Translations under genes and position numbers: made by a program | Notes under the pieces: generated by a model | Seen by the model: the letters and a program-made list of their open reading frames with translations, nothing else | Databases searched by the model: none | What the model was told of the DNA's origin: nothing | Shown here: one piece after another, positions 44,350 through 57,590 of the stretch | Layout: each line of letters starts with the position of its first letter | Numbering within the stretch: position 1 is the first letter of the stretch | Source of the DNA: Eledone cirrhosa | Taxonomy: Eukaryota | Direction: 5' to 3' | Assembly: GCA_964016885.1 (NCBI GenBank) | Contig: OZ024758.1 | Coordinates: forward strand, 38,192,001-38,256,000 | Length of the DNA stretch: 64,000 nucleotides

Positions 44350-47300
44350 TTCATGGTACTAGCTGTCAGAAGTAACTCCACTGTTGGTGAGAATTCATTT
44401 AAGTTCATGGTATTAGCTGTCAGAGGTAACTCCACTGTTGGTGAGAATTCATTTAAGTCATGGTATTAGCTGTCAGAAGTAACTCCAATGTTGGTGAGAA
44501 TTCATTTAAGTCATGGTACTAGCTGTCAGAAGTAACTCCAATGTTGGTGAGAATTCATTTAAGTACATGGTATTAGCTATCAGAAGTAACTCCACTGTTG
44601 GTGAGAATTCATTTAAGTTCATGGTATTAGCTGTCAGAAGTAACTCCACTGTTGGTGAGAATTCATTTAAGTCATGGTATTAGCTGTCAGAAGTAACTCC
44701 AATGTTGGTGAGAATTCATTTAAGTTCATGGTATTAGCTGTCAGAAGTCACTCCACTGTTGGTGAGAACTCATTTAAGTTCATGGTACTAGCTGTCAGAA
44801 GTAACACCAATGTTGGTGAGAATTCATTTAAGTTCATGGTATTAGCTGTCAGAAGTCACTCCAATGTTGGTGAGAATTCATTTAAGTTCATGGTATTAGC
44901 TGTCAGAAGTAACTCCACTGTTGGTGAGAATTCATTTAAGTTCATGGTATTAACTGTCAGAAGTAACTCCACTGTTTGTGAGAATTCATTTAAGTTCATG
45001 GTATTAGCTGTCAGAAGTAACTCCACTGTTGGTGAGAATTCATTTAAGTTCATGGTATTAGCTGTCAGAAGGAACTCCAATGTTGGTGAGAATTCATTTA
45101 AGTCATGGTACTAGCTGTCAGAAGTAACTCCACTGTTGGTGAGAATTAATTTAAGTTCATGGTATTAGCTGTCAGAAGGAACGCCACTGTTGGTGAGAAT
45201 TCATTTAAGTTCATGGTATTAGCAGTCAGAAGTAACTCCACTGTTGGTGAGAATTCATTTAAGTTCATGGTACTAGCTGTCAGAAGTAACTCCAATGTTG
45301 GTGAGAATTCATTTAAGTTCATGGTATTAGCTGTCAGAAGGAACTCCACTGTTGCTGAGAATTCATTTAAGTTCATGGTATTAGCTGTCAGAAGTAACTC
45401 CACTGTTGGTGAGAATTCATTTAAGTTCATGGTACTAGCTGTCAGAAGTAACTCCACTGTTGGTGAGAATTCATTTAAGTTCATGGTATTAGCTGTCAGA
45501 AGTCACTCCAATGTTGGTGAGAATTCATTTAAGTTCATGGTATTAGCTGTCAGAAGTCACTCCACTGTTGGTGAGAATTCATTTAAGTTCATGGTACTAG
45601 CTGTCAGAAGTAACCCCAATGTTGGTGAGAATTCATTTAAGTTCATGGTATTAGCTGTCAGAAGTCACTCCAATGTTGGTGAGAATTCATTTAAGTTCAT
45701 GGTATTAGCTGTCAGAAGTAACTCCACTGTTGGTGAGAATTCATTTAAGTTCATGGTATTAGTTTGTCAGAAGTAACTCCACTGTTGGTGAGAATTCATT
45801 TAAGTCATGGTACTAGCTGTCAGAAGTAACTCCAATGTTGGTGAGAATTCATTTAAGTCATGGTATTAGCTGTCAGAAGTAACTCCAATGTTGGTGAGAA
45901 TTCATTTAAGTTCATGGTATTAGCTGTCAGAAGTAACTCCACTGTTGGTGAGAATTCATTTAAGTTCATGGTATTAGTTTGTCAGAAGTAACTCCACTGT
46001 TGGTGAGAATTCATTTAAGTCATGGTATTAGTTGTCAGAAGTCACTCCACTGTTGGTGAGAATTCATTTAAGTTCATGGTACTAGCTGTCAGAAATAACC
46101 CCAATGTTGGTGAGAATTCATTTAAGTTCATGGTATTAGCTGTCAGAAGTCACTCCAATGTTGGTGAGAATTCATTTAAGTTCATGGTATTAGCTGTCAG
46201 AAGTAACTCCACTGTTGGTGAGAATTCATTTAAGTTCATGGTATTAGCTGTCAGAAGTAACTCCACTGTTGGTGAGAATTCATTTAATTCATGGTATTAG
46301 CTGTCAGAAATAACTCCATTGTTGGTGAGAATTCATTTAAGTCATGGTACTAGCTGTCAGAAGTAACTCCAATGTTGGTGAGAATTCATTTAAGTCATGG
46401 TACTAGCTGTCAGAAGTAACTCCAATGTTGGTGAGAATTCATTTAAGTTCATGGTATTAGCTGTCAGAAGGAACTCCACTGTTGGTGAGAATTCATTTAA
46501 GTTCATGGTATTAGCTGTCAGAAGTAACTCCACTGTTGGTGAGAATTCATTTAAGTTCATGGTATTAGCAGTCAGAAGTAACTCCACTGTTGGTGAGAAT
46601 TCATTTAAGTTCATGGTACTAGCTGTCAGAAGTAACTCCACTGTTGGTGAGAATTCATTTAAGTTCATGGTATTAGCTGTCAGAGGTAACTCCACTGTTG
46701 GTGAGAATTCATTTAAGTCATGGTATTAGCTGTCAGAAGTAACTCCAATGTTGGTGAGAATTCATTTAAGTCATGGTACTAGCTGTCAGAAGTAACTCCA
46801 ATGTTGGTGAGAATTCATTTAAGTACATGGTATTAGCTATCAGAAGTAACTCCACTGTTGGTGAGAATTCATTTAAGTTCATGGTATTAGCTGTCAGAAG
46901 TAACTCCACTGTTGGTGAGAATTCATTTAAGTCATGGTATTAGCTGTCAGAAGTAACTCCAATGTTGGTGAGAATTCATTTAAGTTCATGGTATTAGCTG
47001 TCAGAAGTCACTCCACTGTTGGTGAGAACTCATTTAAGTTCATGGTACTAGCTGTCAGAAGTAACACCAATGTTGGTGAGAATTCATTTAAGTTCATGGT
47101 ATTAGCTGTCAGAAGTCACTCCAATGTTGGTGAGAATTCATTTAAGTTCATGGTATTAGCTGTCAGAAGTAACTCCACTGTTGGTGAGAATTCATTTAAG
47201 TTCATGGTATTAACTGTCAGAAGTAACTCCACTGTTGGTGAGAATTCATTTAAGTTCATGGTATTAGCTGTCAGAAGTAACTCCACTGTTGGTGAGAATT

Positions 47301-47640
47301 CATTTAAGTTCATGGTATTAGCTGTCAGAAGGAACTCCAATGTTTGTGAGAATTCATTTAAGTCATGGTACTAGCTGTCAGAAGTAACTCCACTGTTGGT
47401 GAGAATTAATTTAAGTTCATGGTATTAGCTGTCAGAAGGAACGCCACTGTTGGTGAGAATTCATTTAAGTTCATGGTATTAGCAGTCAGAAGTAACTCCA
47501 CTGTTGGTGAGAATTCATTTAAGTTCATGGTACTAGCTGTCAGAAGTAACTCCAATGTTGGTGAGAATTCATTTAAGTTCATGGTATTAGCTGTCAGAAG
47601 GAACTCCACTGTTGCTGAGAATTCATTTAAGTTCATGGTA
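44350..47640. repeat. Duplicated block at 2260-bp offset
   Basis: cagaggtaac at 44421 and 46681; ORF pairs 44674/46934 and 45159/47419. Confidence 0.8.
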
Positions 47641-47899
47641 TTAGCTGTCAGAAGTCACTCCACTGTTGGTGAGAATTCATTTAAGTTCATGGTACTAGCT
47701 GTCAGAAGTAACCCCAATGTTGGTGAGAATTCATTTAAGTTCATGGTATTAGCTGTCAGAAGTCACTCCACTGTTGGTGAGAATTCATTTAAGTTCATGG
47801 TACTAGCTGTCAGAAGTAACCCCAATGTTGGTGAGAATTCATTTAAGTTCATGGTATTAGCTGTCAGAAGTCACTCCAATGTTGGTGAGAATTCATTTA

Positions 47900-49730
47900 A
47901 GTTCATGGTATTAGCTGTCAGAAGTAACTCCACTGTTGGTGAGAATTCATTTAAGTTCATGGTATTAGTTTGTCAGAAGTAACTCCACTGTTGGTGAGAA
48001 TTCATTTAAGTCATGGTACTAGCTGTCAGAAGTAACTCCAATGTTGGTGAGAATTCATTTAAGTCATGGTATTAGCTGTCAGAAGTAACTCCAATGTTGG
48101 TGAGAATTCATTTAAGTTCATGGTATTAGCTGTCAGAAGTAACTCCACTGTTGGTGAGAATTCATTTAAGTTCATGGTATTAGCTGTCAGAAGTAACTCC
48201 ACTGTTGGTGAGAATTCATTTAAGTTGATGGTACTAGCTGTCAGAAGTAACTCCACTGTTGGTGAGAATTCATTTAAGTTCATGGTATTAGTTTGTCAGA
48301 AGTAACTCCACTGTTGGTGAGAATTCATTTAAGTCATGGTATTAGTTGTCAGAAGTCACTCCACTGTTGGTGAGAATTCATTTAAGTTCATGGTACTAGC
48401 TGTCAGAAATAACCCCAATGTTGGTGAGAATTCATTTAAGTTCATGGTATTAGCTGTCAGAAGTCACTCCAATGTTGGTGAGAATTCATTTAAGTTCATG
48501 GTATTAGCTGTCAGAAGTAACTCCACTGTTGGTGAGAATTCATTTAAGTTCATGGTATTAGCTGTCAGAAGTAACTCCACTGTTGGTGAGAATTCATTTA
48601 ATTCATGGTATTAGCTGTCAGAAATAACTCCATTGTTGGTGAGAATTCATTTAAGTCATGGTACTAGCTGTCAGAAGTAACTCCAATGTTGGTGAGAATT
48701 CATTTAAGTCATGGTACTAGCTGTCAGAAGTAACTCCAATGTTGGTGAGAATTCATTTAAGTTCATGGTATTAGCTGTCAGAAGTCACTCCACTGTTGGT
48801 GAGAATTCATTTAAGTTCATGGTACTAGCTGTCAGAAGTAACCCCAATGTTGGTGAGAATTCATTTAAGTTCATGGTATTAGCTGTCAGAAGTAACTCCA
48901 CTGTTGGTGAGAATTCATTTAAGTTCATGGTATTAGTTTGTCAGAAGTAACTCCACTGTTGGTGAGAATTCATTTAAGTCATGGTACTAGCTGTCAGAAG
49001 TAACTCCAATGTTGGTGAGAATTCATTTAAGTCATGGTATTAGCTGTCAGAAGTAACTCCAATGTTGGTGAGAATTCATTTAAGTTCATGGTATTAGCTG
49101 TCAGAAGTAACTCCACTGTTGGTGAGAATTCATTTAAGTTCATGGTATTAGCTGTCAGAAGTAACTCCACTGTTGGTGAGAATTCATTTAAGTTGATGGT
49201 ACTAGCTGTCAGAAGTAACTCCACTGTTGGTGAGAATTCATTTAAGTTCATGGTATTAGTTTGTCAGAAGTAACTCCACTGTTGGTGAGAATTCATTTAA
49301 GTCATGGTATTAGTTGTCAGAAGTCACTCCACTGTTGGTGAGAATTCATTTAAGTTCATGGTACTAGCTGTCAGAAATAACCCCAATGTTGGTGAGAATT
49401 CATTTAAGTTCATGGTATTAGCTGTCAGAAGTCACTCCAATGTTGGTGAGAATTCATTTAAGTTCATGGTATTAGCTGTCAGAAGTAACTCCACTGTTGG
49501 TGAGAATTCATTTAAGTTCATGGTATTAGCTGTCAGAAGTAACTCCACTGTTGGTGAGAATTCATTTAATTCATGGTATTAGCTGTCAGAAATAACTCCA
49601 TTGTTGGTGAGAATTCATTTAAGTCATGGTACTAGCTGTCAGAAGTAACTCCAATGTTGGTGAGAATTCATTTAAGTCATGGTACTAGCTGTCAGAAGTA
49701 ACTCCAATGTTGGTGAGAATTCATTTAAGT
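47900..49730. repeat. Tandem duplication of a ~968-bp (18-monomer) block
   Basis: ORF pairs 48066/49034, 48336/49304 and 48711/49679 start 968 bp apart. Confidence 0.8.
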
Positions 49731-51239
49731 TCATGGTATTAGCTGTCAGAAGGAACTCCACTGTTGGTGAGAATTCATTTAAGTTCATGGTATTAGCTGT
49801 CAGAAGTAACTCCACTGTTGGTGAGAATTCATTTAAGTTCATGGTATTAGCAGTCAGAAGTAACTCCACTGTTGGTGAGAATTCATTTAAGTTCATGGTA
49901 CTAGCTGTCAGAAGTAACTCCAATGTTGGTGAGAATTCATTTAAGTTCATGGTATTAGCTGTCAGAAGTAACTCCACTGTTGGTGAGAATTCATTTAAGT
50001 CATGGTATTAGCTGTCAGAAGTAACTCCAATGTTGGTGAGAATTCATTTAAGTTCATGGTATTAGCTGTCAGAAGTAACTCCACTGTTGGTGAGAATTCA
50101 TTTAAGTTCATGGTACTAGCTGTCAGAAGTAACTCCACTGTTGGTGAGAATTCATTTAAGTTCATGGTATTAGTTTGTCAGAAGTAACTCCACTGTTGGT
50201 GAGAATTCATTTAAGTCATGGTATTAGTGTCAGAAGTAACTCCAATGTTGGTGAGAATTCATTTAAGTTCATGGTACTAGCTGTCAGAAGTAACTCCACT
50301 GTTGGTGAGAATTCATTTAAGTCATGGTATTAGCTGTCAGAAGTAACTCCAATGTTGGTGAGAATTCATTTAAGTCATGGTACTAGCTGTCAGAAGTAAC
50401 TCCAATGTTGGTGAGAATTCATTTAAGTTCATGGTATTAGCTGTCAGAAGTAACTCCACTGTTGGTGAGAATTCATTTAAGTTCATGGTATTAGCTGTCA
50501 GAAGTAACTCCACTGTTGGTGAGAATTCATTTAAGTTCATGGTATTAGCTGTCAGAAGGAACTCCAATGTTGGTGAGAATTCATTTAAGTCATGGTACTA
50601 GCTGTCAGAAGTAACTCCACTGTTGGTGAGAATTAATTTAAGTTCATGGTATTAGCTGTCAGAAGGAACGCCACTGTTGGTGCGAATTCATTTAAGTTCA
50701 CGGTATTAGCTGTCAGAAGTAACTCCACTGTTGGTGAGAATTCATTTAAGTTCATGGTACTAGCTGTCAGATGTAACTCCAATGTTGGTGAGAATTCATT
50801 TAAGTTCATGGTATTAGCTGTCAGAAGGAACTCCACTGTTGCTGAGAATTCATTTAAGTTCATGGTATTAGCTGTCAGAAGTAACTCCACTGTTGGTGAG
50901 AATTCATTTAAGTTCATGGTACTAGCTGTCAGAAGTAACTCCACTGTTGGTGAGAATTCATTTAAGTTCATGGTATTAGCTGTCAGAAGTCACTCCAATG
51001 TTGGTGAGAATTCATTTAAGTTCATGGTATTAGCTGTCAGAAGTCACTCCACTGTTGGTGAGAATTCATTTAAGTTCATGGTACTAGCTGTCAGAAGTAA
51101 CCCCAATGTTGGTGAGAATTCATTTAAGTTCATGGTATTAGCTGTCAGAAGTCACTCCAATGTTGGTGAGAATTCATTTAAGTTCATGGTATTAGCTGTC
51201 AGAAGTTACTCCACTGTTGGTGAGAATTCATTTAAGTTC

Positions 51240-54140
51240 ATGGTATTAGTTTGTCAGAAGTAACTCCACTGTTGGTGAGAATTCATTTAAGTCATGGTAC
51301 TAGCTGTCAGAAGTAACTCCAATGTTGGTGAGAATTCATTTAAGTCATGGTATTAGCTGTCAGAAGTAACTCCAATGTTGGTGAGAATTCATTTAAGTTC
51401 ATGGTATTAGCTGTCAGAAGTAACTCCACTGTTGGTGAGAATTCATTTAAGTTCATGGTATTAGCTGTCAGAAGTAACTCCACTGTTGGTGAGAATTCAT
51501 TTAAGTTGATGGTACTAGCTGTCAGAAGTAACTCCACTGTTGGTGAGAATTCATTTAAGTTCATGGTATTAGTTTGTCAGAAGTAACTCCACTGTTGGTG
51601 AGAATTCATTTAAGTCATGGTATTAGTTGTCAGAAGTAACTCCAATGTTGGTGAGAATTCATTTAAGTTCATGGTATTAGCTGTCAGAAGGAACTCCACT
51701 GTTGGTGAGAATTCATTTAAGTACATGGTATTAGCTGTCAGAAGGAACTCCAATGTTGGTGAGAATTCATTTAAGTCATGGTACTAGCTGTCAGAAGTAA
51801 CTCCACTGTTGGTGAGAATTCATTTAAGTTCATGGTATTAGCTGTCAGAAGGAACGCCACTGTTGGTGAGAATTCATTTAAGTTCATGGTATTAGCTGTC
51901 AGAAGTAACTCCACTGTTGGTGAGAATTCATTTAAGTTCATGGTACTAGCTGTCAGAAGAAACTCCAATGTTGGTGAGAATTCATTTAAGTTCATGGTAC
52001 TAGCTGTCAGAAGTAACTCCACTGTTGGTGAGAATTCATTTAAGTTCATGGTATTAGTTTGTCAGAAGTAACTCTACTGTTGGTGAGAATTCATTTAAGT
52101 CATGGTATTAGTTGTCAGAAGTAACTCCAATGTTGGTGAGAATTCATTTAAGTACATGGTATTAGCTATCAGAAGTAACTCCACTGTTGGTGAGAATTCA
52201 TTTAAGTTCATGGTATTAGCTGTCAGAAGTAACTCCACTGTTGGTGAGAATTCATTTAAGTCATGGTATTAGCTGTCAGAAGTAACTCCAATGTTGGTGA
52301 GAATTCATTTAAGTTCATGGTATTAGCTGTCAGAAGTCACTCCACTGTTGGTGAGAACTCATTTAAGTTCATGGTACTAGCTGTCAGAAGTAACACCAAT
52401 GTTGGTGAGAATTCATTTAAGTTCATGGTATTAGCTGTCAGAAGTCACTCCAATGTTGGTGAGAATTCATTTAAGTTCATGGTATTAGCTGTCAGAAGTA
52501 ACTCCACTGTTGGTGAGAATTCATTTAAGTTCATGGTATTAGCTGTCAGAAGGAACTCCAATGTTGGTGAGAATTCATTTAAGTCATGGTACTAGCTGTC
52601 AGAAGTAACTCCACTGTTGGTGAGAATTAATTTAAGTTCATGGTATTAGCTGTCAGAAGGAACGCCACTGTTGGTGAGAATTCATTTAAGTTCATGGTAT
52701 TAGCAGTCAGAAGTAACTCCACTGTTGGTGAGAATTCATTTAAGTTCATGGTACTAGCTGTCAGAAGTAACTCCAATGTTGGTGAGAATTCATTTAAGTT
52801 CATGGTACTAGCTGTCAGAAGTAACTCCACTGTTGGTGAGAATTAATTTAAGTTCATGGTATTAGCTGTCAGAAGGAACGCCACTGTTGGTGAGCATTCA
52901 TTTAAGTTCATGGTATTAGCTGTCAGAAGGAACTCCACTGTTGCTGAGAATTCATTTAAGTTCATGGTATTAGCTGTCAGAAGTAACTCCACTGTTGGTG
53001 AGAATTCATTTAAGTTCATGGTACTAGCTGTCAGAAGTAACTCCACTGTTGGTGAGAATTCATTTAAGTTCATGGTATTAGCTGTCAGAAGTCACTCCAA
53101 TGTTGGTGAGAATTCATTTAAGTTCATGGTATTAGCTGTCAGAAGTCACTCCACTGTTGGTGAGAATTCATTTAAGTTCATGGTACTAGCTGTCAGAAGT
53201 TACCCCACTGTTGGTGAGAATTCATTTAAGTTCATGGTATTAGTTTGTCAGAAGTAACTCCACTGTTGGTGAGAATTCATTTAAGTCATGGTACTAGCTG
53301 TCAGAAGTAACTCCAATGTTGGTGAGAATTCATTTAAGTCATGGTATTAGCTGTCAGAAGTAACTCCAATGTTGGTGAGAATTCATTTAAGTTCATGGTA
53401 TTAGCTGTCAGAAGTAACTCCACTGTTGGTGAGAATTCATTTAAGTTCATGGTATTAGCTGTCAGAAGTAACTCCACTGTTGGTGAGAATTCATTTAAGT
53501 TGATGGTACTAGCTGTCAGAAGTAACTCCACTGTTGGTGAGAATTCATTTAAGTTCATGGTATTAGTTTGTCAGAAGTAACTCCACTGTTGGTGAGAATT
53601 CATTTAAGTCATGGTATTAGTTGTCAGAAGTAACTCCAATGTTGGTGAGAATTCATTTAAGTTCATGGTATTAGCTGTCAGAAGGAACTCCACTGTTGGT
53701 GAGAATTCATTTAAGTTCATGGTATTAGCTGTCAGAAGGAACTCCAATGTTGGTGAGAATTCATTTAAGTCATGGTACTAGCTGTCAGAAGTAACTCCAC
53801 TGTTGGTGAGAATTCATTTAAGTTCATGGTATTAGCTGTCAGAAGGAACGCCACTGTTGGTGAGAATTCATTTAAGTTCATGGTATTAGCTGTCAGAAGT
53901 AACTCCACTGTTGGTGAGAATTCATTTAAGTTCATGGTACTAGCTGTCAGAAGAAACTCCAATGTTGGTGAGAATTCATTTAAGTTCATGGTACTAGCTG
54001 TCAGAAGTAACTCCACTGTTGGTGAGAATTCATTTAAGTTCATGGTATTAGTTTGTCAGAAGTAACTCTACTGTTGGTGAGAATTCATTTAAGTCATGGT
54101 ATTAGTTGTCAGAAGTAACTCCAATGTTGGTGAGAATTCA
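51240..54140. repeat. Duplicated block at 1994-bp offset
   Basis: Identical ORF pairs 51347/53341 and 51778/53772; shared agaagaaac and aactctact variants. Confidence 0.8.
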
Positions 54141-54529
54141 TTTAAGTTCATGGTACTAGCTGTCAGAAGTAACTCCACTGTTGGTGAGAATTCATTTAAG
54201 TTCATGGTATTAGCTGTCAGAGGTAACTCCACTGTTGGTGAGAATTCATTTAAGTCATGGTATTAGCTGTCAGAAGTAACTCCAATGTTTGTGAGAATTC
54301 ATTTAAGTCATGGTACTAGCTGTCAGAAGTAACTCCAATGTTGGTGAGAATTCATTTAAGTACATGGTATTAGCTGTCAGAAGTAACTCCACTGTTGGTG
54401 AGAATTCATTTAAGTCATGGTATTAGCTGTCAGAAGTAACTCCAATGTTGGTGAGAATTCATTTAAGTTCATGGTATTAGCTGTCAGAAGTCACTCCACT
54501 GTTGGTGAGAACTCATTTAAGTTCATGGT

Positions 54530-57500
54530 ACTAGCTGTCAGAAGTAACACCAATGTTGGTGAGAATTCATTTAAGTTCATGGTATTAGCTGTCAGAAGTC
54601 ACTCCAATGTTGGTGAGAATTCATTTAAGTTCATGGTATTAGCTGTCAGAAGTAACTCCACTGTTGGTGAGAATTCATTTAAGTTCATGGTATTAACTGT
54701 CAGAAGTAACTCCACTGTTGGTGAGAATTCATTTAAGTTCATGGTATTAGCTGTCAGAAGTAACTCCACTGTTGGTGAGAATTCATTTAAGTCATGGTAC
54801 TAGCTGTCAGAAGTAACTCCACTGTTGGTGAGAATTAATTTAAGTTCATGGTATTAGCTGTCAGAAGGAACGCCACTGTTGGTGAGAATTCATTTAAGTT
54901 CATGGTATTAGCAGTCAGAAGTAACTCCACTGTTGGTGAGAATTCATTTAAGTTCATGGTACTAGCTGTCAGAAGTAACTCCAATGTTGGTGAGAATTCA
55001 TTTAAGTTCATGGTATTAGCTGTCAGAAGGAACTCCACTGTTGCTGAGAATTCATTTAAGTTCATGGTATTAGCTGTCAGAAGTAACTCCACTGTTGGTG
55101 AGAATTCATTTAAGTTCATGGTACTAGCTGTCAGAAGTAACTCCACTGTTGGTGAGAATTCATTTAAGTTCATGGTATTAGCTGTCAGAAGTCACTCCAA
55201 TGTTGGTGAGAATTCATTTAAGTTCATGGTATTAGCTGTCAGAAGTAACTCCACTGTTGGTGAGAATTCATTTAAGTTCATGGTATTAGTTTGTCAGAAG
55301 TAACTCCACTGTTGGTGAGAATTCATTTAAGTCATGGTACTAGCTGTCAGAAGTAACTCCAATGTTGGTGAGAATTCATTTAAGTCATGGTATTAGCTGT
55401 CAGAAGTAACTCCAATGTTGGTGAGAATTCATTTAAGTTCATGGTATTAGCTGTCAGAAGTAACTCCACTGTTGGTGAGAATTCATTTAAGTTCATGGTA
55501 TTAGCTGTCAGAAGTAACTCCACTGTTGGTGAGAATTCATTTAAGTTGATGGTACTAGCTGTCAGAAGTAACTCCACTGTTGGTGAGAATTCATTTAAGT
55601 TCATGGTATTAGTTTGTCAGAAGTAACTCCACTGTTGGTGAGAATTCATTTAAGTCATGGTATTAGTTGTCAGAAGTAACTCCAATGTTGGTGAGAATTC
55701 ATTTAAGTTCATGGTATTAGCTGTCAGAAGTCACTCCACTGTTGGTGAGAACTCATTTAAGTTCATGGTACTAGCTGTCAGAAGTAACACCAATGTTGGT
55801 GAGAATTCATTTAAGTTCATGGTATTAGCTGTCAGAAGTCACTCCAATGTTGGTGAGAATTCATTTAATTTCATGGTATTAGCTGTCAGAAGTAACTCCA
55901 CTGTTGGTGAGAATTCATTTAAGTCATGGTATTAGTTGTCAGAAGTAACTCCACTGTTGGTGAGAATTCATTTAAGTTCATGGTATTAGCTGTCAGAAGT
56001 AACTCCACTGTTGGTGAGAATTCATTTAAGTTCATGGTACTAGCTGTCAGAAGTAACTCCAATGTTGGTGAGAATTCATTTAAGTTCATGGTATTAGCTG
56101 TCAGAAGGAACTCCACTGTTGGTGAGAACTCATTTAAGTTCATGGTACTAGCTGTCAGAAGTAACACCAATGTTGGTGAGAATTCATTTAAGTTCATGGT
56201 ATTAGCTGTCAGAAGTCACTCCAATGTTGGTGAGAATTCATTTAAGTTCATGGTATTAGCTGTCAGAAGTAACTCCACTGTTGGTGAGAATTCATTTAAG
56301 TTCATGGTATTAACTGTCAGAAGTAACTCCACTGTTGGTGAGAATTCATTTAAGTTCATGGTATTAGCTGTCAGAAGTAACTCCACTGTTGGTGAGAATT
56401 CATTTAAGTTCATGGTATTAGCTCTCAGAAGGAACTCCAATGTTGGTGAGAATTCATTTAAGTCATGGTACTAGCTGTCAGAAGTAACTCCACTGTTGGT
56501 GAGAATTAATTTAAGTTCATGGTATTAGCTGTGAGAAGGAACGCCACTGTTGGTGAGAATTCATTTAAGTTCATGGTATTAGCAGTCAGAAGTAACTCCA
56601 CTGTTGGTGAGAATTCATTTAAGTTCATGGTACTAGCTGTCAGAAGTAACTCCAATGTTGGTGAGAATTCATTTAAGTTCATGGTATTAGCTGTCAGAAG
56701 GAACTCCACTGTTGCTGAGAATTCATTTAAGTTCATGGTATTAGCTGTCAGAAGTAACTCCACTGTTGGTGAGAATTCATTTAAGTTCATGGTACTAGCT
56801 GTCAGAAGTAACTCCACTGTTGGTGAGAATTCATTTAAGTTCATGGTATTAGCTGTCAGAAGTCACTCCAATGTTGGTGAGAATTCATTTAAGTTCATGG
56901 TATTAGCTGTCAGAAGTAACTCCACTGTTGGTGAGAATTCATTTAAGTTCATGGTATTAGTTTGTCAGAAGTAACTCCACTGTTGGTGAGAATTCATTTA
57001 AGTCATGGTACTAGCTGTCAGAAGTAACTCCAATGTTGGTGAGAATTCATTTAAGTCATGGTATTAGCTGTCAGAAGTAACTCCAATGTTGGTGAGAATT
57101 CATTTAAGTTCATGGTATTAGCTGTCAGAAGTAACTCCACTGTTGGTGAGAATTCATTTAAGTTCATGGTATTAGCTGTCAGAAGTAACTCCACTGTTGG
57201 TGAGAATTCATTTAAGTTGATGGTACTAGCTGTCAGAAGTAACTCCACTGTTGGTGAGAATTCATTTAAGTTCATGGTATTAGTTTGTCAGAAGTAACTC
57301 CACTGTTGGTGAGAATTCATTTAAGTCATGGTATTAGTTGTCAGAAGTAACTCCAATGTTGGTGAGAATTCATTTAAGTTCATGGTATTAGCTGTCAGAA
57401 GTCACTCCACTGTTGGTGAGAACTCATTTAAGTTCATGGTACTAGCTGTCAGAAGTAACACCAATGTTGGTGAGAATTCATTTAAGTTCATGGTATTAGC

Positions 57501-57590
57501 TGTCAGAAGTCACTCCAATGTTGGTGAGAATTCATTTAATTTCATGGTATTAGCTGTCAGAAGTAACTCCACTGTTGGTGAGAATTCATT
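54530..57590. repeat. Duplicated block at 1671-bp offset within the matching core
   Basis: ORF pairs 54848/56519, 55387/57058 and 55657/57328 are offset by 1671. Outer edges approximate. Confidence 0.78.
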
